From NCBI GenBank assembly GCA_902797855.1, contig CADBUI010000001.1, positions 10,852 to 74,851 of the forward strand: DNA of 64,000 bases, written 5' to 3'. The DNA is from an uncultured Erysipelotrichaceae bacterium. Lineage in GTDB: Bacteria; Bacillota_I; Bacilli_A; RFN20; CAG-826. The notes beneath the pieces are model-generated. The model ran no database searches, had not been told where the DNA came from, and was given only the letters and a program-made list of their open reading frames with translations. Below are positions 8,941-17,230 of this stretch, one piece after another. A program made the position numbers and the translations under genes. The first letter of the stretch is position 1; every line of letters begins with the position of its first letter.

Positions 8941-9792
8941 ATGGTTTATAAATTAATTGAAAACGGAACATATGTTGGAGAAAGAGCATTGTTCTCCACC
9001 CATCACACAATTATAGAAGGATCTATTTTTAAAGATGGAGAATCCCCACTTAAAGAGAGTGGTGATTTAAGACTTAGTAAAGTCACTTTTAAATGGAAAT
9101 ATCCTCTTTGGTATTGTAACGATGTCATTGTTATAGACACTACTTTTAAAGAAACCGCTCGAAGTGGAGTGTGGTATACAAAACATATTTCATTGAACAA
9201 CTGTGTAATTGACGCTCCAAAAACATTTAGAAGAAGCGAAGACATCACAATAGTGGATTCAAAAATTAATAACGCTCAAGAAACGTTATGGAACTGTAAA
9301 AATATCAAACTTAAAAATGTTTATGTTAAAGGTGATTATTTAGGTTTTAATTCAAGCGATATAGAGATAGATAATTTGTATCTTGATGGTAATTACGCTT
9401 TTGATGGAGCAAGAAACATCAAAATCACCAATTCGGTTTTGTATTCAAAAGATTCGTTTTGGAACTGCGAAAATGTCGTGGTGAAAGATTCCAAAATCGT
9501 TGGTGAATATCTATCGTGGAATACAAAAAATATCACCTTCATCAATTGTGAGATCGAATCGCATCAAGGCTTATGTTATATGGATAATGTAACGCTTATT
9601 AACTGCAGACTAAAAAACACTGATTTATGTTTTGAATATTGCTCAAATATAAATGCTGAAATTAATTCGGAAGTGGATTCGATTAAAAATCCGATAAGTG
9701 GAACTATTAAAGTTAAATCTGTCAAAGAACTTATTTTAGAAGATAAATTTATCGATAAATCAAAAACTAAAATTATTATCGAGGAGAAATAA
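8941..9792 (+). CDS. Beta-helix repeat protein (DUF3737-like)
   Basis: Periodic repeats of about 20-25 aa with N/I/V/D patterns (NCKNIKLKNVYV, ARNIKITNSVLY, NCENVVVKDSKI, TKNITFINCEI, MDNVTLINCRL), typical of a right-handed parallel beta-helix. Confidence 0.5.
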   Translation: MVYKLIENGTYVGERALFSTHHTIIEGSIFKDGESPLKESGDLRLSKVTFKWKYPLWYCNDVIVIDTTFKETARSGVWYTKHISLNNCVIDAPKTFRRSEDITIVDSKINNAQETLWNCKNIKLKNVYVKGDYLGFNSSDIEIDNLYLDGNYAFDGARNIKITNSVLYSKDSFWNCENVVVKDSKIVGEYLSWNTKNITFINCEIESHQGLCYMDNVTLINCRLKNTDLCFEYCSNINAEINSEVDSIKNPISGTIKVKSVKELILEDKFIDKSKTKIIIEEK

Positions 9793-10940
9793 TGAAATAT
9801 AACTTTGATAAAATCGCGGATAGAAAAAACACCAACCAAGTTAAATGGGATGTTAAAGATAATGAACTTCCTATGTGGGTGGCGGATATGGACTTTGAAG
9901 TCCTCCCTGAAATTAAAGAAGCATTAACAACAGGTGTTAATGTTGGTGCGTATGGCTATGCCATTTCTACTGATAAATATTTTGAAGCTTATATCTCTTG
10001 GTGGAAAAGAAACCATGAAGTCACCTTTAAAAAAGAATGGATGGCATTTTCATCAAGTGTTATTGCCTCTATTGATGTAATAATTAATACTTTGACTCCT
10101 ATTCATTCAAATATTGTTTTATTATCTCCAATCTATAATGCTTTCTTTAACTGTGTTAGAAATTATGAACGTAATGTTGTTGAATCTTTTTTAATTAGAA
10201 AAGGGAACGATTTTTACATCGATTATGATGATTTAGAAAATAAACTTTCTGATAAAAATACATCAATGTTAATCTTTTGCAATCCACATAATCCAATTGG
10301 AAAAATTTGGTCAAAAGAAGATATCTTAAAGGTAAGTGAACTTTGTAAGAAACATAATGTTATTTTCTTATCTGATGAAATCCATTGTGACATTACTGAT
10401 CCAGGTAAGAAATATGTTCCGGCTTTAAGTGTTACGGATGATGCGATTGTGTGTATCTCAGGATCAAAAGTATTTAATATAGCTGGACTACGTAGCTCTT
10501 GCGTTGTGATTCCAAGTAAAGAAATTCATGATAAGATTCAAAAAGCTCTTTGGAAATATGATGTTGGTGAACCAAATTGTTTAGTGGTGGACGCTAACAT
10601 AGCCGGTTTTACTTATGGTGATGAATGGGTGAAAGAATTAAACGAATATCTATATAAAAATAAACAAGAAGTCGCCTCGTTTATAAAAAACAATATCCCT
10701 CAATTAACTTTAGTGAACGAGGAAGCAACTTATCTACTTTGGATAGATATTTCTCACTTTTCAAATAATTCTAGTGAGTTTGCTAGTAAGCTTAGAGAAA
10801 AGACTGGTTTATTTGTTTCTAGTGGTGATATTTATGGCACACCAGGAAACAACTATATAAGAATGAATATTGCAACCTCTTTAGAAAATGTTAAAGATGG
10901 TTTAAATAGACTAAAAGCATATATTGACACACTAAAATAG
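9792..10940 (+). CDS. PLP-dependent C-S lyase / aminotransferase class I-II (MalY/PatB-type cystathionine beta-lyase)
   Basis: The N-terminus MKYNFDKIADRKNTNQVKWD is characteristic of this family. Putative PLP-lysine context SGSKVFNIAGL. TAATG overlap with the upstream gene. Confidence 0.8.
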   Translation: MKYNFDKIADRKNTNQVKWDVKDNELPMWVADMDFEVLPEIKEALTTGVNVGAYGYAISTDKYFEAYISWWKRNHEVTFKKEWMAFSSSVIASIDVIINTLTPIHSNIVLLSPIYNAFFNCVRNYERNVVESFLIRKGNDFYIDYDDLENKLSDKNTSMLIFCNPHNPIGKIWSKEDILKVSELCKKHNVIFLSDEIHCDITDPGKKYVPALSVTDDAIVCISGSKVFNIAGLRSSCVVIPSKEIHDKIQKALWKYDVGEPNCLVVDANIAGFTYGDEWVKELNEYLYKNKQEVASFIKNNIPQLTLVNEEATYLLWIDISHFSNNSSEFASKLREKTGLFVSSGDIYGTPGNNYIRMNIATSLENVKDGLNRLKAYIDTLK

Positions 10941-10951
10941 GAGGAAAAAAT

Positions 10952-11515
10952 ATGCGTAAAGATTTAAAGAGTCAAACATGGATGATGCCAATGCCAGTAG
11001 CGATGATTGGTACTTATGATGATAGTGGTAAAGCCAATTTAATGAATGCTGCCTGGGCAGGAATCTATGATTATGGAAAAATCATGCTCTGCTTATCTGC
11101 TCATAAAACAACAGAGAACATTAAAAAGAACAAAGCCTTCACAGTTAGCTTTGCTACTAAGAAGACAATGGTGGCTTCTGATTATGTTGGCATTGTCTCT
11201 GCTAATAAAGTTCCTGATAAATTAGAAAAAGCCGGATTCCACGCCATTAAATCTAGTAAGGTGAACGCTCCACTTTTTGAAGAATATCCTCTTACATTAG
11301 AATGTGAACTTGTTGAAGTAATTAATGAAGGTGAAGGTGGAGGAAATTTCGTTGGTAAAATCGTTAACGTCAGTGTTGATGAAAAAGCATTAAAAGACGG
11401 AAAACTTGACGTTGATAGCATTGGATTTATTAGCTATGACCCAGTATTACTTAAATACCGTCTTGTTGGTGAAGTAGTGGGCAATGCCTTCACAGAAGGT
11501 AAAAAGATCAAATAA
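10952..11515 (+). CDS. Flavin reductase-like FMN-binding split-barrel protein
   Basis: PMPVAMIGTYDDSGKANLMNAAWAG resembles flavin reductase family N-termini. SD GGAGGA upstream. Confidence 0.7.
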   Translation: MRKDLKSQTWMMPMPVAMIGTYDDSGKANLMNAAWAGIYDYGKIMLCLSAHKTTENIKKNKAFTVSFATKKTMVASDYVGIVSANKVPDKLEKAGFHAIKSSKVNAPLFEEYPLTLECELVEVINEGEGGGNFVGKIVNVSVDEKALKDGKLDVDSIGFISYDPVLLKYRLVGEVVGNAFTEGKKIK

Positions 11516-11522
11516 TACTAGT

Positions 11523-11551
11523 TTGATATTATTCATTGAATAATTCATAAT
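11523..11551 (+). promoter_or_regulatory. Near-consensus promoter (-35 TTGATA, 17-nt spacer, -10 CATAAT) with a palindromic spacer
   Basis: TTGATA at 11523-11528 and CATAAT at 11546-11551. The ATG at 11559 is 7 nt downstream. The spacer holds the 17-bp perfect palindrome ATTATTCATTGAATAAT (11528-11544). Confidence 0.5.
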
Positions 11552-11558
11552 AATTTAT

Positions 11559-12266
11559 ATGAGAGAAGAAAACTTTAAAGTCTTATCTTCCTTAGTAGAC
11601 ATTAATCGAGAATTATCCATATCCTCATTTTTTAAACTATTTCAAGACACTGCGATGGTTAATGCGGATGAAATTGGAATTGGAAGAGACAAAACTATCG
11701 ATCGAGGATGGTTATGGATTTTCACTCGCGTACTTGTGGAAATCGAAGAGATGCCTAAATATACGGAAGATGCGAAGATAGCAACTTATCCAAATGGATC
11801 AAGAGGTGGTTTTCTTTTCCATAGGCAAGCTTATTTAAAAAATAAAGATGATAAGGTAGTTGTAAGACTATCATCTCAATGGGCGATTATTGATGCATCA
11901 ACTCGCAAACTTGTTCTTCGCCCTAACTTCCCTGAAATTAGTGAAACTCACGATAATCCACTTGAACTACCAGGTAAGGTAGAACATAAAGAATCTACAC
12001 TTTTATATTCTCGTAAAGTTAGATTCTCTGATTGTGATTTAAACGCTCATTTAAATAACGTTAGATATGTCGACTTAATTGTCGATATAAATCCATCTTC
12101 TTTTTATAAAGAATATCGTATTAGTAAATTACTCATTAACTATAATCATGAAGTTCATGATGGTGAAACGCTTGAGATATATGTTAATGATGATAAGACC
12201 TATGTAGAAGGTCGACTTAATGGAATAAACTGCTTTGAAGCAGAAATTTCTTATAAAAGAAGATAG
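11559..12266 (+). CDS. Acyl-ACP thioesterase
   Basis: Double hot-dog sized protein (235 aa). DCDLNAHLNNVRYVDL matches the conserved D-x-N-x-H-V-N-N-x-x-Y region of acyl-ACP thioesterases. Confidence 0.7.
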   Translation: MREENFKVLSSLVDINRELSISSFFKLFQDTAMVNADEIGIGRDKTIDRGWLWIFTRVLVEIEEMPKYTEDAKIATYPNGSRGGFLFHRQAYLKNKDDKVVVRLSSQWAIIDASTRKLVLRPNFPEISETHDNPLELPGKVEHKESTLLYSRKVRFSDCDLNAHLNNVRYVDLIVDINPSSFYKEYRISKLLINYNHEVHDGETLEIYVNDDKTYVEGRLNGINCFEAEISYKRR

Positions 12267-12275
12267 GAGAAAGAT

Positions 12276-13040
12276 ATGAAAAGCATCGATTTTTGTATTC
12301 AATATTTACTTGACTATAATAACGCTGAACTTCCTGATGATCTTAGTAAAGAAAAAGCACTAAGAACTCTCATGAATATAACTACTCCTGATAATTTAGA
12401 TAGTGTTTTCTATAAAGAACAAGATAAAGCTCTACAAGAGATTTTAAGTAAGAAAAAGATTGTTGAATTATCTGATTTAAAACCAGTTAAAGGAAAATAC
12501 TATATCTATGTTGGAGATATCACTTTAATTAAAGCGGATGCAATTGTAAATTCTGCAAATAAAGAGATGCTTGGTTGTTTTATTCCTCTTCATTCATGTG
12601 TGGATAATGCTATTCATTCTTACGCTGGACTAGAAGTAAGAAGAGACTTAATGAAAATGTTAAGCGAAAATCCTTCTTATCAACCAGTAGGGCACGCATT
12701 AATTACAAAAGGATATAATCTTCCAAGTAGATATATTATTCATACAGTAGGACCAACAGTATTCGGTAGAAATCCAACCGAAGAAAATATCAACGAATTA
12801 CGTAATTGCTATTTGGCGTGTATGGACGCTGCAGAAAAAGTACACGCTGGAAGTATTGTCTTCTGTTCAATATCTACAGGTGTATATCGTTTCCCTAAAA
12901 AAGAATCTGCCCATATTGCTATTAAAGCAGTGGATGACTATTTAAAAGAACATCCAGAATCAACGATTAATAAAGTTGTCTTTAATCTATTCAACGAGAA
13001 TGCATTAGATATTTATAAACGCGCGATTGAAGAGATTTAA
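12276..13040 (+). CDS. Macrodomain protein (protein-ADP-ribose hydrolase, Zn-macrodomain type)
   Basis: ITLIKADAIVNSANKEMLGCFIPLHSCVDNAIH carries the macrodomain N-x-A-N motif plus a Cys/His/Cys triad like the Firmicute zinc-containing macrodomains. Also ISTGVYRFP. Confidence 0.8.
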   Translation: MKSIDFCIQYLLDYNNAELPDDLSKEKALRTLMNITTPDNLDSVFYKEQDKALQEILSKKKIVELSDLKPVKGKYYIYVGDITLIKADAIVNSANKEMLGCFIPLHSCVDNAIHSYAGLEVRRDLMKMLSENPSYQPVGHALITKGYNLPSRYIIHTVGPTVFGRNPTEENINELRNCYLACMDAAEKVHAGSIVFCSISTGVYRFPKKESAHIAIKAVDDYLKEHPESTINKVVFNLFNENALDIYKRAIEEI

Positions 13041-13054
13041 CAAAGTTAAGTAAA

Positions 13055-13090
13055 TAAAAAATTCTTGCCCGAAGACAAGAATTTTTGTTT
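13055..13090. terminator. Bidirectional rho-independent terminator between convergent genes
   Basis: Stem ATTCTTG / CAAGAAT, flanked by an A-run on the left and a T-run on the right. Confidence 0.65.
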
Positions 13091-13100
13091 TTGAGATTAA

Positions 13101-13802
13101 TTATTCTTCTTTGGATTTGAGGACTAGCTTATAAACAAGGGCGGCTAAAGCTGCACCAAGAAGTGGTCCAACAATAAAGATCCAAAGTTCCTTTGCTGGT
13201 TCTTCAACGTGGTTGAATAAAGCGAAGATTGCTGGTCCAATTGAACGAGCTGGGTTAACGGATGTACCAGTTAAACCAATACCGAGTAAGTGGACGAAAG
13301 TAAGAGCTCCACCGATGACTAAACCTGCAACTGAACTATATTCTTTCTTAGAAGTGACGCCAAGAATGACAAGAACAAAGATGAAGGTTAAGACAACTTC
13401 AACAGCAAGACCAAGGAATAAGGCTGGTACTTCGCCTGCAACAGCTAAGACTGGTTGAACAGCGTTTGTACCTAAACCAATACCTTCTTCGTGGAAGAAA
13501 GCAAAGAGTAATGCACCAGCGGCAATGCCACCAACGAGTTGAGCAACTACATAGAATAAGAAATCCTTTAAAGACAATTTCTTTGATAAGAACATTGCAA
13601 ATGAAACTGCTGGGTTGATATGGCAGCCTGAAACATTGCCAATTGAATATGCCATTGCAACAATAGCAAGACCAAAAGCAAGAGCAGTACCGGTATAACC
13701 ACCGAAATCACCTGAGCAGATTAATTGTGCGGTTCCGCAGCCAACAAGTGTAAGGACAAATGTACCAATGCATTCTGCGATATATTTCTTAATATCTTTC
13801 AT
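13101..13802 (-). CDS. aqpZ: MIP-family channel (aquaporin Z-like)
   Basis: Two NPA boxes (HINPAVS, SVNPARS) and six hydrophobic segments in 233 aa. Confidence 0.88.
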   Translation of the reverse strand: MKDIKKYIAECIGTFVLTLVGCGTAQLICSGDFGGYTGTALAFGLAIVAMAYSIGNVSGCHINPAVSFAMFLSKKLSLKDFLFYVVAQLVGGIAAGALLFAFFHEEGIGLGTNAVQPVLAVAGEVPALFLGLAVEVVLTFIFVLVILGVTSKKEYSSVAGLVIGGALTFVHLLGIGLTGTSVNPARSIGPAIFALFNHVEEPAKELWIFIVGPLLGAALAALVYKLVLKSKEE

Positions 13803-13854
13803 TTATTAATCTCCTTTCCAGATAGAATTATAACATTATCATTTTATTTATAAA

Positions 13855-13883
13855 TAAAAAGTCGCATTTTATTGCGACTTGTT
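13855..13883 (-). terminator. Rho-independent terminator downstream of the lipoprotein gene
   Basis: On the minus strand: AAGTCGCA-ATAAAA-TGCGACTT followed by a T-run. A TATAAT and the SD GGAAAGGAG of the aquaporin gene follow. Confidence 0.55.
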
Positions 13884-13885
13884 AA

Positions 13886-15259
13886 CTATTCAACAACTGA
13901 TATTGATTCAGTGAATATTTGAACTTGCCAATAATGGTTCGTGTTCAATAAGTATGGAGTGAAATTAATTGTTACTTTTTGATTATAATAACTTCCTAGT
14001 AGTGAATGAGTAAGATCCGATTCACTAGAAATCTTTTCTTCACTGGTGTTATTGATGAATAGTGCTTTACCTGTAATTGCAGCTGTATAGGTAGAATAGT
14101 TCTTATTTGTGTCAGATAAGCATGTATAGTAGTAGCCACTCTTAATATAGTATTGGACATAGCCTTCAAACGAATACATCTTGCCAAAGACATTTTCGTA
14201 ATTAGTGGAGTGATTAGTGGTGTCTTTTGTATATGAAACCTTATATAGATTTGTTCCACTTAATTGTTCACTAGCAGTGGACGAAACACTTACTGGTTCG
14301 CTAAGAACACTGCTATACAAGAATTCAATTTGTGGTCTATAAATGAACATATTGATAGCACCATAAATGTCATAAGAATTTCCAAGTGTGAATCCATTAT
14401 TTAGCTTTGATGTACCATGGACATAAATATAACTTGATCCACTAGCAAATAAGGCAACAGCATTTTCAACCTTTTGAACATATTTAGCTTCGAAATGAAC
14501 AATGTTATCGGTATAGTTTGTACCTTTGATATTTAGTCTTGAAGACTTGGCCTTAGATAAGATTTCATCAACAGTGTTCTCTGGGAATGATTTAGCGCTT
14601 ATTAAAGCAGTGAATGAATAATTAAGTCCCGAGTTATTTCCTAACCAAGTATATGAATCTGCAATGATTTCATTTTGGCCTAAATATTTATTAGTAGTGC
14701 CTTTAATTTCTACGTATTCATTATCTTGGAATTCATATTTAGATAATTGAGCATACATTGTTGAAGAGACTCCAACATAAATCCAATCTTCGTTATCGAA
14801 GAAGAAACATTTATATTGGTTAGTGGATAGATATCCGTTCTTGCTTGATGTAGTGCCACAATCTTCAACAAAGAATAATCTTCCTTTGAATGAGACTTTA
14901 TCTTCACCTTGTTTATTAACATCACTAGCGGAGGCTGTAATTTTATTACAAAGTGTATTTGCACCAGAAATAGTGGTGCTTGTATAAGTAGTGGTTACTG
15001 AAGGTTCATTTCCACCAGTTGATCCACCTTCATCGCCTCCGGTAGAGGTACCGCCACCTTCATTTCCACCAGTGTTGTTATTATCTCCACCCGTGTTATC
15101 GTTTCCACCTGTGTTATCATCTCCACCATCATTAGGGGTGGTCTCAGTTGGAGTAGATGTGTTGTCATTATTAAAATCTTCACTAGGATTGATATTTGTA
15201 TCAACGCAACCAGTTAAAAATAATAAAGATAATATCGGAAGAATTAGTTTTTTATTCAT
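13886..15259 (-). CDS. Surface lipoprotein with a G/N/D/T low-complexity linker and repeated beta-rich (OB-like) modules
   Basis: Signal peptide plus lipobox MNKKLILPILSLLFLTGC. Linker DGGDDNTGGNDNTGGDNNNTGGNEGGGTSTGGDEGGSTGGNE. Three internally similar modules follow. Confidence 0.7.
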   Translation of the reverse strand: MNKKLILPILSLLFLTGCVDTNINPSEDFNNDNTSTPTETTPNDGGDDNTGGNDNTGGDNNNTGGNEGGGTSTGGDEGGSTGGNEPSVTTTYTSTTISGANTLCNKITASASDVNKQGEDKVSFKGRLFFVEDCGTTSSKNGYLSTNQYKCFFFDNEDWIYVGVSSTMYAQLSKYEFQDNEYVEIKGTTNKYLGQNEIIADSYTWLGNNSGLNYSFTALISAKSFPENTVDEILSKAKSSRLNIKGTNYTDNIVHFEAKYVQKVENAVALFASGSSYIYVHGTSKLNNGFTLGNSYDIYGAINMFIYRPQIEFLYSSVLSEPVSVSSTASEQLSGTNLYKVSYTKDTTNHSTNYENVFGKMYSFEGYVQYYIKSGYYYTCLSDTNKNYSTYTAAITGKALFINNTSEEKISSESDLTHSLLGSYYNQKVTINFTPYLLNTNHYWQVQIFTESISVVE

Positions 15260-15267
15260 TTTAGATT

Positions 15268-17229
15268 TTATTCGAGTTCGAACGCTCCTGTATATAGTTG
15301 ATAGTATACACCTTTTTTATTAATTAGGTCTTGGTGAGTTCCTCTTTCAATGATTCGACCATGGTCCAAAACCATGATAGCTTCTGAATCTTGAACGGTT
15401 GAAAGTCTATGAGCAATAACAAAGACTGTTCTACCTTTCATAAGCATATCCATACCTTTTTGAACAAGTTTTTCAGTTCTTGTATCAATTGAGGAAGTAG
15501 CTTCATCAAGAATCATAACTGGAGCATCGGCGACCGCTGCTCTAGCGATAGATAGAAGCTGTCTTTGACCTTGTGAGAGGTTAGCACCATCACCAGATAG
15601 CATAGTGTTAAATCCTTCTGGTAGACGAGTGATAAAGTCATATGCGTTAGCAATTTTCGCTGCCTCATATACTTCTTCATCGGTAGCGTCTAGTCTACCA
15701 TAACGAATATTTTCCATTACTGTTCCAGTAAATAGATTGGTATCTTGTAAAACAATACCTAATGATCTTCTTAAATCATCTTTCTTAATCTTATTAATAT
15801 TAATTCCATCGTAGCGAATCTTTCCATCTGCGATGTCATAGAATCTATTAATAAGATTAGTGATTGTAGTTTTACCTGCGCCTGTTGCACCAACAAAGGC
15901 AATTCTTTGTCCTGGGTGAGCGTATATGCTGACATTATGAAGGACAAGTTGGTCTTGGTTATAACCAAAGTCGACATCATCAATTACGATATCACCTTTA
16001 AGTTCAGTATATGTAATTGTGCCATCAGCTTTATGAGGATGTTTCCAAGCGTATGTTCTAGTTCTTTCACTAGTTTCTTCAAGTGATCCATCTTCATGCT
16101 TAATGACGTTAACAAGTGTGACATAACCTGAATCAGTTTCGCTTTGTTCATCTAATAAATCAAAGATACGAGACGCACCAGCTTGACCCATGGTAATAAA
16201 TGTAATTTGTTGAGTGAAGTTATTAACGTTATTAGAGAATGTACGGCATGCAATTAGGAAGAAGAAGATAATTGAATAAGTAATCTTTCCAATTCCGTAT
16301 GAGACAGAGAATGTATCTCCAATAACAAGTTGAAGTCCTGGGTTAATTTCCCAACCTTGAATGATGAATAGAACACCAACAACAATCAAAATAACATATA
16401 AGATATTGCCTATGTTGCCATTAATTGGGGCAAGAATATTACTTGCTTCATTAGCGGATGTTGAATCTTTACAAAGTTGATCGTTAATCTTATCAAAGTC
16501 TTCGATAGATTTTTCTTCGTGAGAGAATACTTTGATAACTTTAAGACCTTTAATTGATTCTTCGATATTGCCTTCAACCTTACCAGTTGCGATTTGTTGT
16601 TTAACGAAGTACTTCGCGCTTTTACCACCCATCGTTTTCGCGTTCATAAACATCGCCATTGAACCAATAATTACTAAGACTGTAAGGATTGGAGAGAATA
16701 ATAACATTGCGGCTATTGCTCCAATAACTGTAAAACCAGCTTGGAACGCAGTTGGAATAGCTTGTGAAACAAGTTGTCTAATCGTGTCAATATCGTTCGT
16801 GTAAAGCGACATGATATCACCACGAGGATGAGTGTCAAAATATTTAATTGGAAGAGATTCCATATGATTAAACATTTGTTTACGAAGTGTATTTAGGAAT
16901 CTTTGTGATGTAACTGACATCGTGTAGTTATATCCATAAGCAGAAGCCATTCCGATAATATATATAATTCCTATTACTATTAAAGTAGTGATCATTGATG
17001 ACCACGCTTGAGTTGGAGAAATTCTTCCTGTTGTTGCACTTTCTAATGTATTTGTAACAACACTCATAAATACTGAAGAAGCAATATTTCCAAGTGAATA
17101 TAGGACAATGCAGATAGCAGAGAAAATTAATTGGAACTTATAGTTCTTAAATAAGATTTTAAGTAGTCTTTTTAGTGTGCCTTTTTTAGCAGTTTCTAAT
17201 TTTCCTTTAGGTGCTCTTACTGGTGGCAT
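15268..17229 (-). CDS. ABC exporter permease/ATPase, consensus-site half
   Basis: Walker A GATGAGKTT, signature LSQGQRQ, Walker B VMILDEATS, switch IAHRLST. Confidence 0.9.
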   Translation of the reverse strand: MPPVRAPKGKLETAKKGTLKRLLKILFKNYKFQLIFSAICIVLYSLGNIASSVFMSVVTNTLESATTGRISPTQAWSSMITTLIVIGIIYIIGMASAYGYNYTMSVTSQRFLNTLRKQMFNHMESLPIKYFDTHPRGDIMSLYTNDIDTIRQLVSQAIPTAFQAGFTVIGAIAAMLLFSPILTVLVIIGSMAMFMNAKTMGGKSAKYFVKQQIATGKVEGNIEESIKGLKVIKVFSHEEKSIEDFDKINDQLCKDSTSANEASNILAPINGNIGNILYVILIVVGVLFIIQGWEINPGLQLVIGDTFSVSYGIGKITYSIIFFFLIACRTFSNNVNNFTQQITFITMGQAGASRIFDLLDEQSETDSGYVTLVNVIKHEDGSLEETSERTRTYAWKHPHKADGTITYTELKGDIVIDDVDFGYNQDQLVLHNVSIYAHPGQRIAFVGATGAGKTTITNLINRFYDIADGKIRYDGININKIKKDDLRRSLGIVLQDTNLFTGTVMENIRYGRLDATDEEVYEAAKIANAYDFITRLPEGFNTMLSGDGANLSQGQRQLLSIARAAVADAPVMILDEATSSIDTRTEKLVQKGMDMLMKGRTVFVIAHRLSTVQDSEAIMVLDHGRIIERGTHQDLINKKGVYYQLYTGAFELE

Positions 17230-17230
17230 A

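Noticed and set aside
15005-15130. Short tandem repeats considered as a possible CRISPR or minisatellite locus
   Set aside because: The units are degenerate, contiguous without unique spacers, and in frame inside a lipoprotein CDS. This is not a CRISPR architecture. It is reported instead as a coding low-complexity linker.
14991-15323. 110-aa plus-strand Pro/Ser/Val-rich ORF opposite the lipoprotein linker
   Set aside because: It is the mirror image of the G/N/D/T-encoding repeat on the minus strand. It overlaps two well-supported minus-strand genes.
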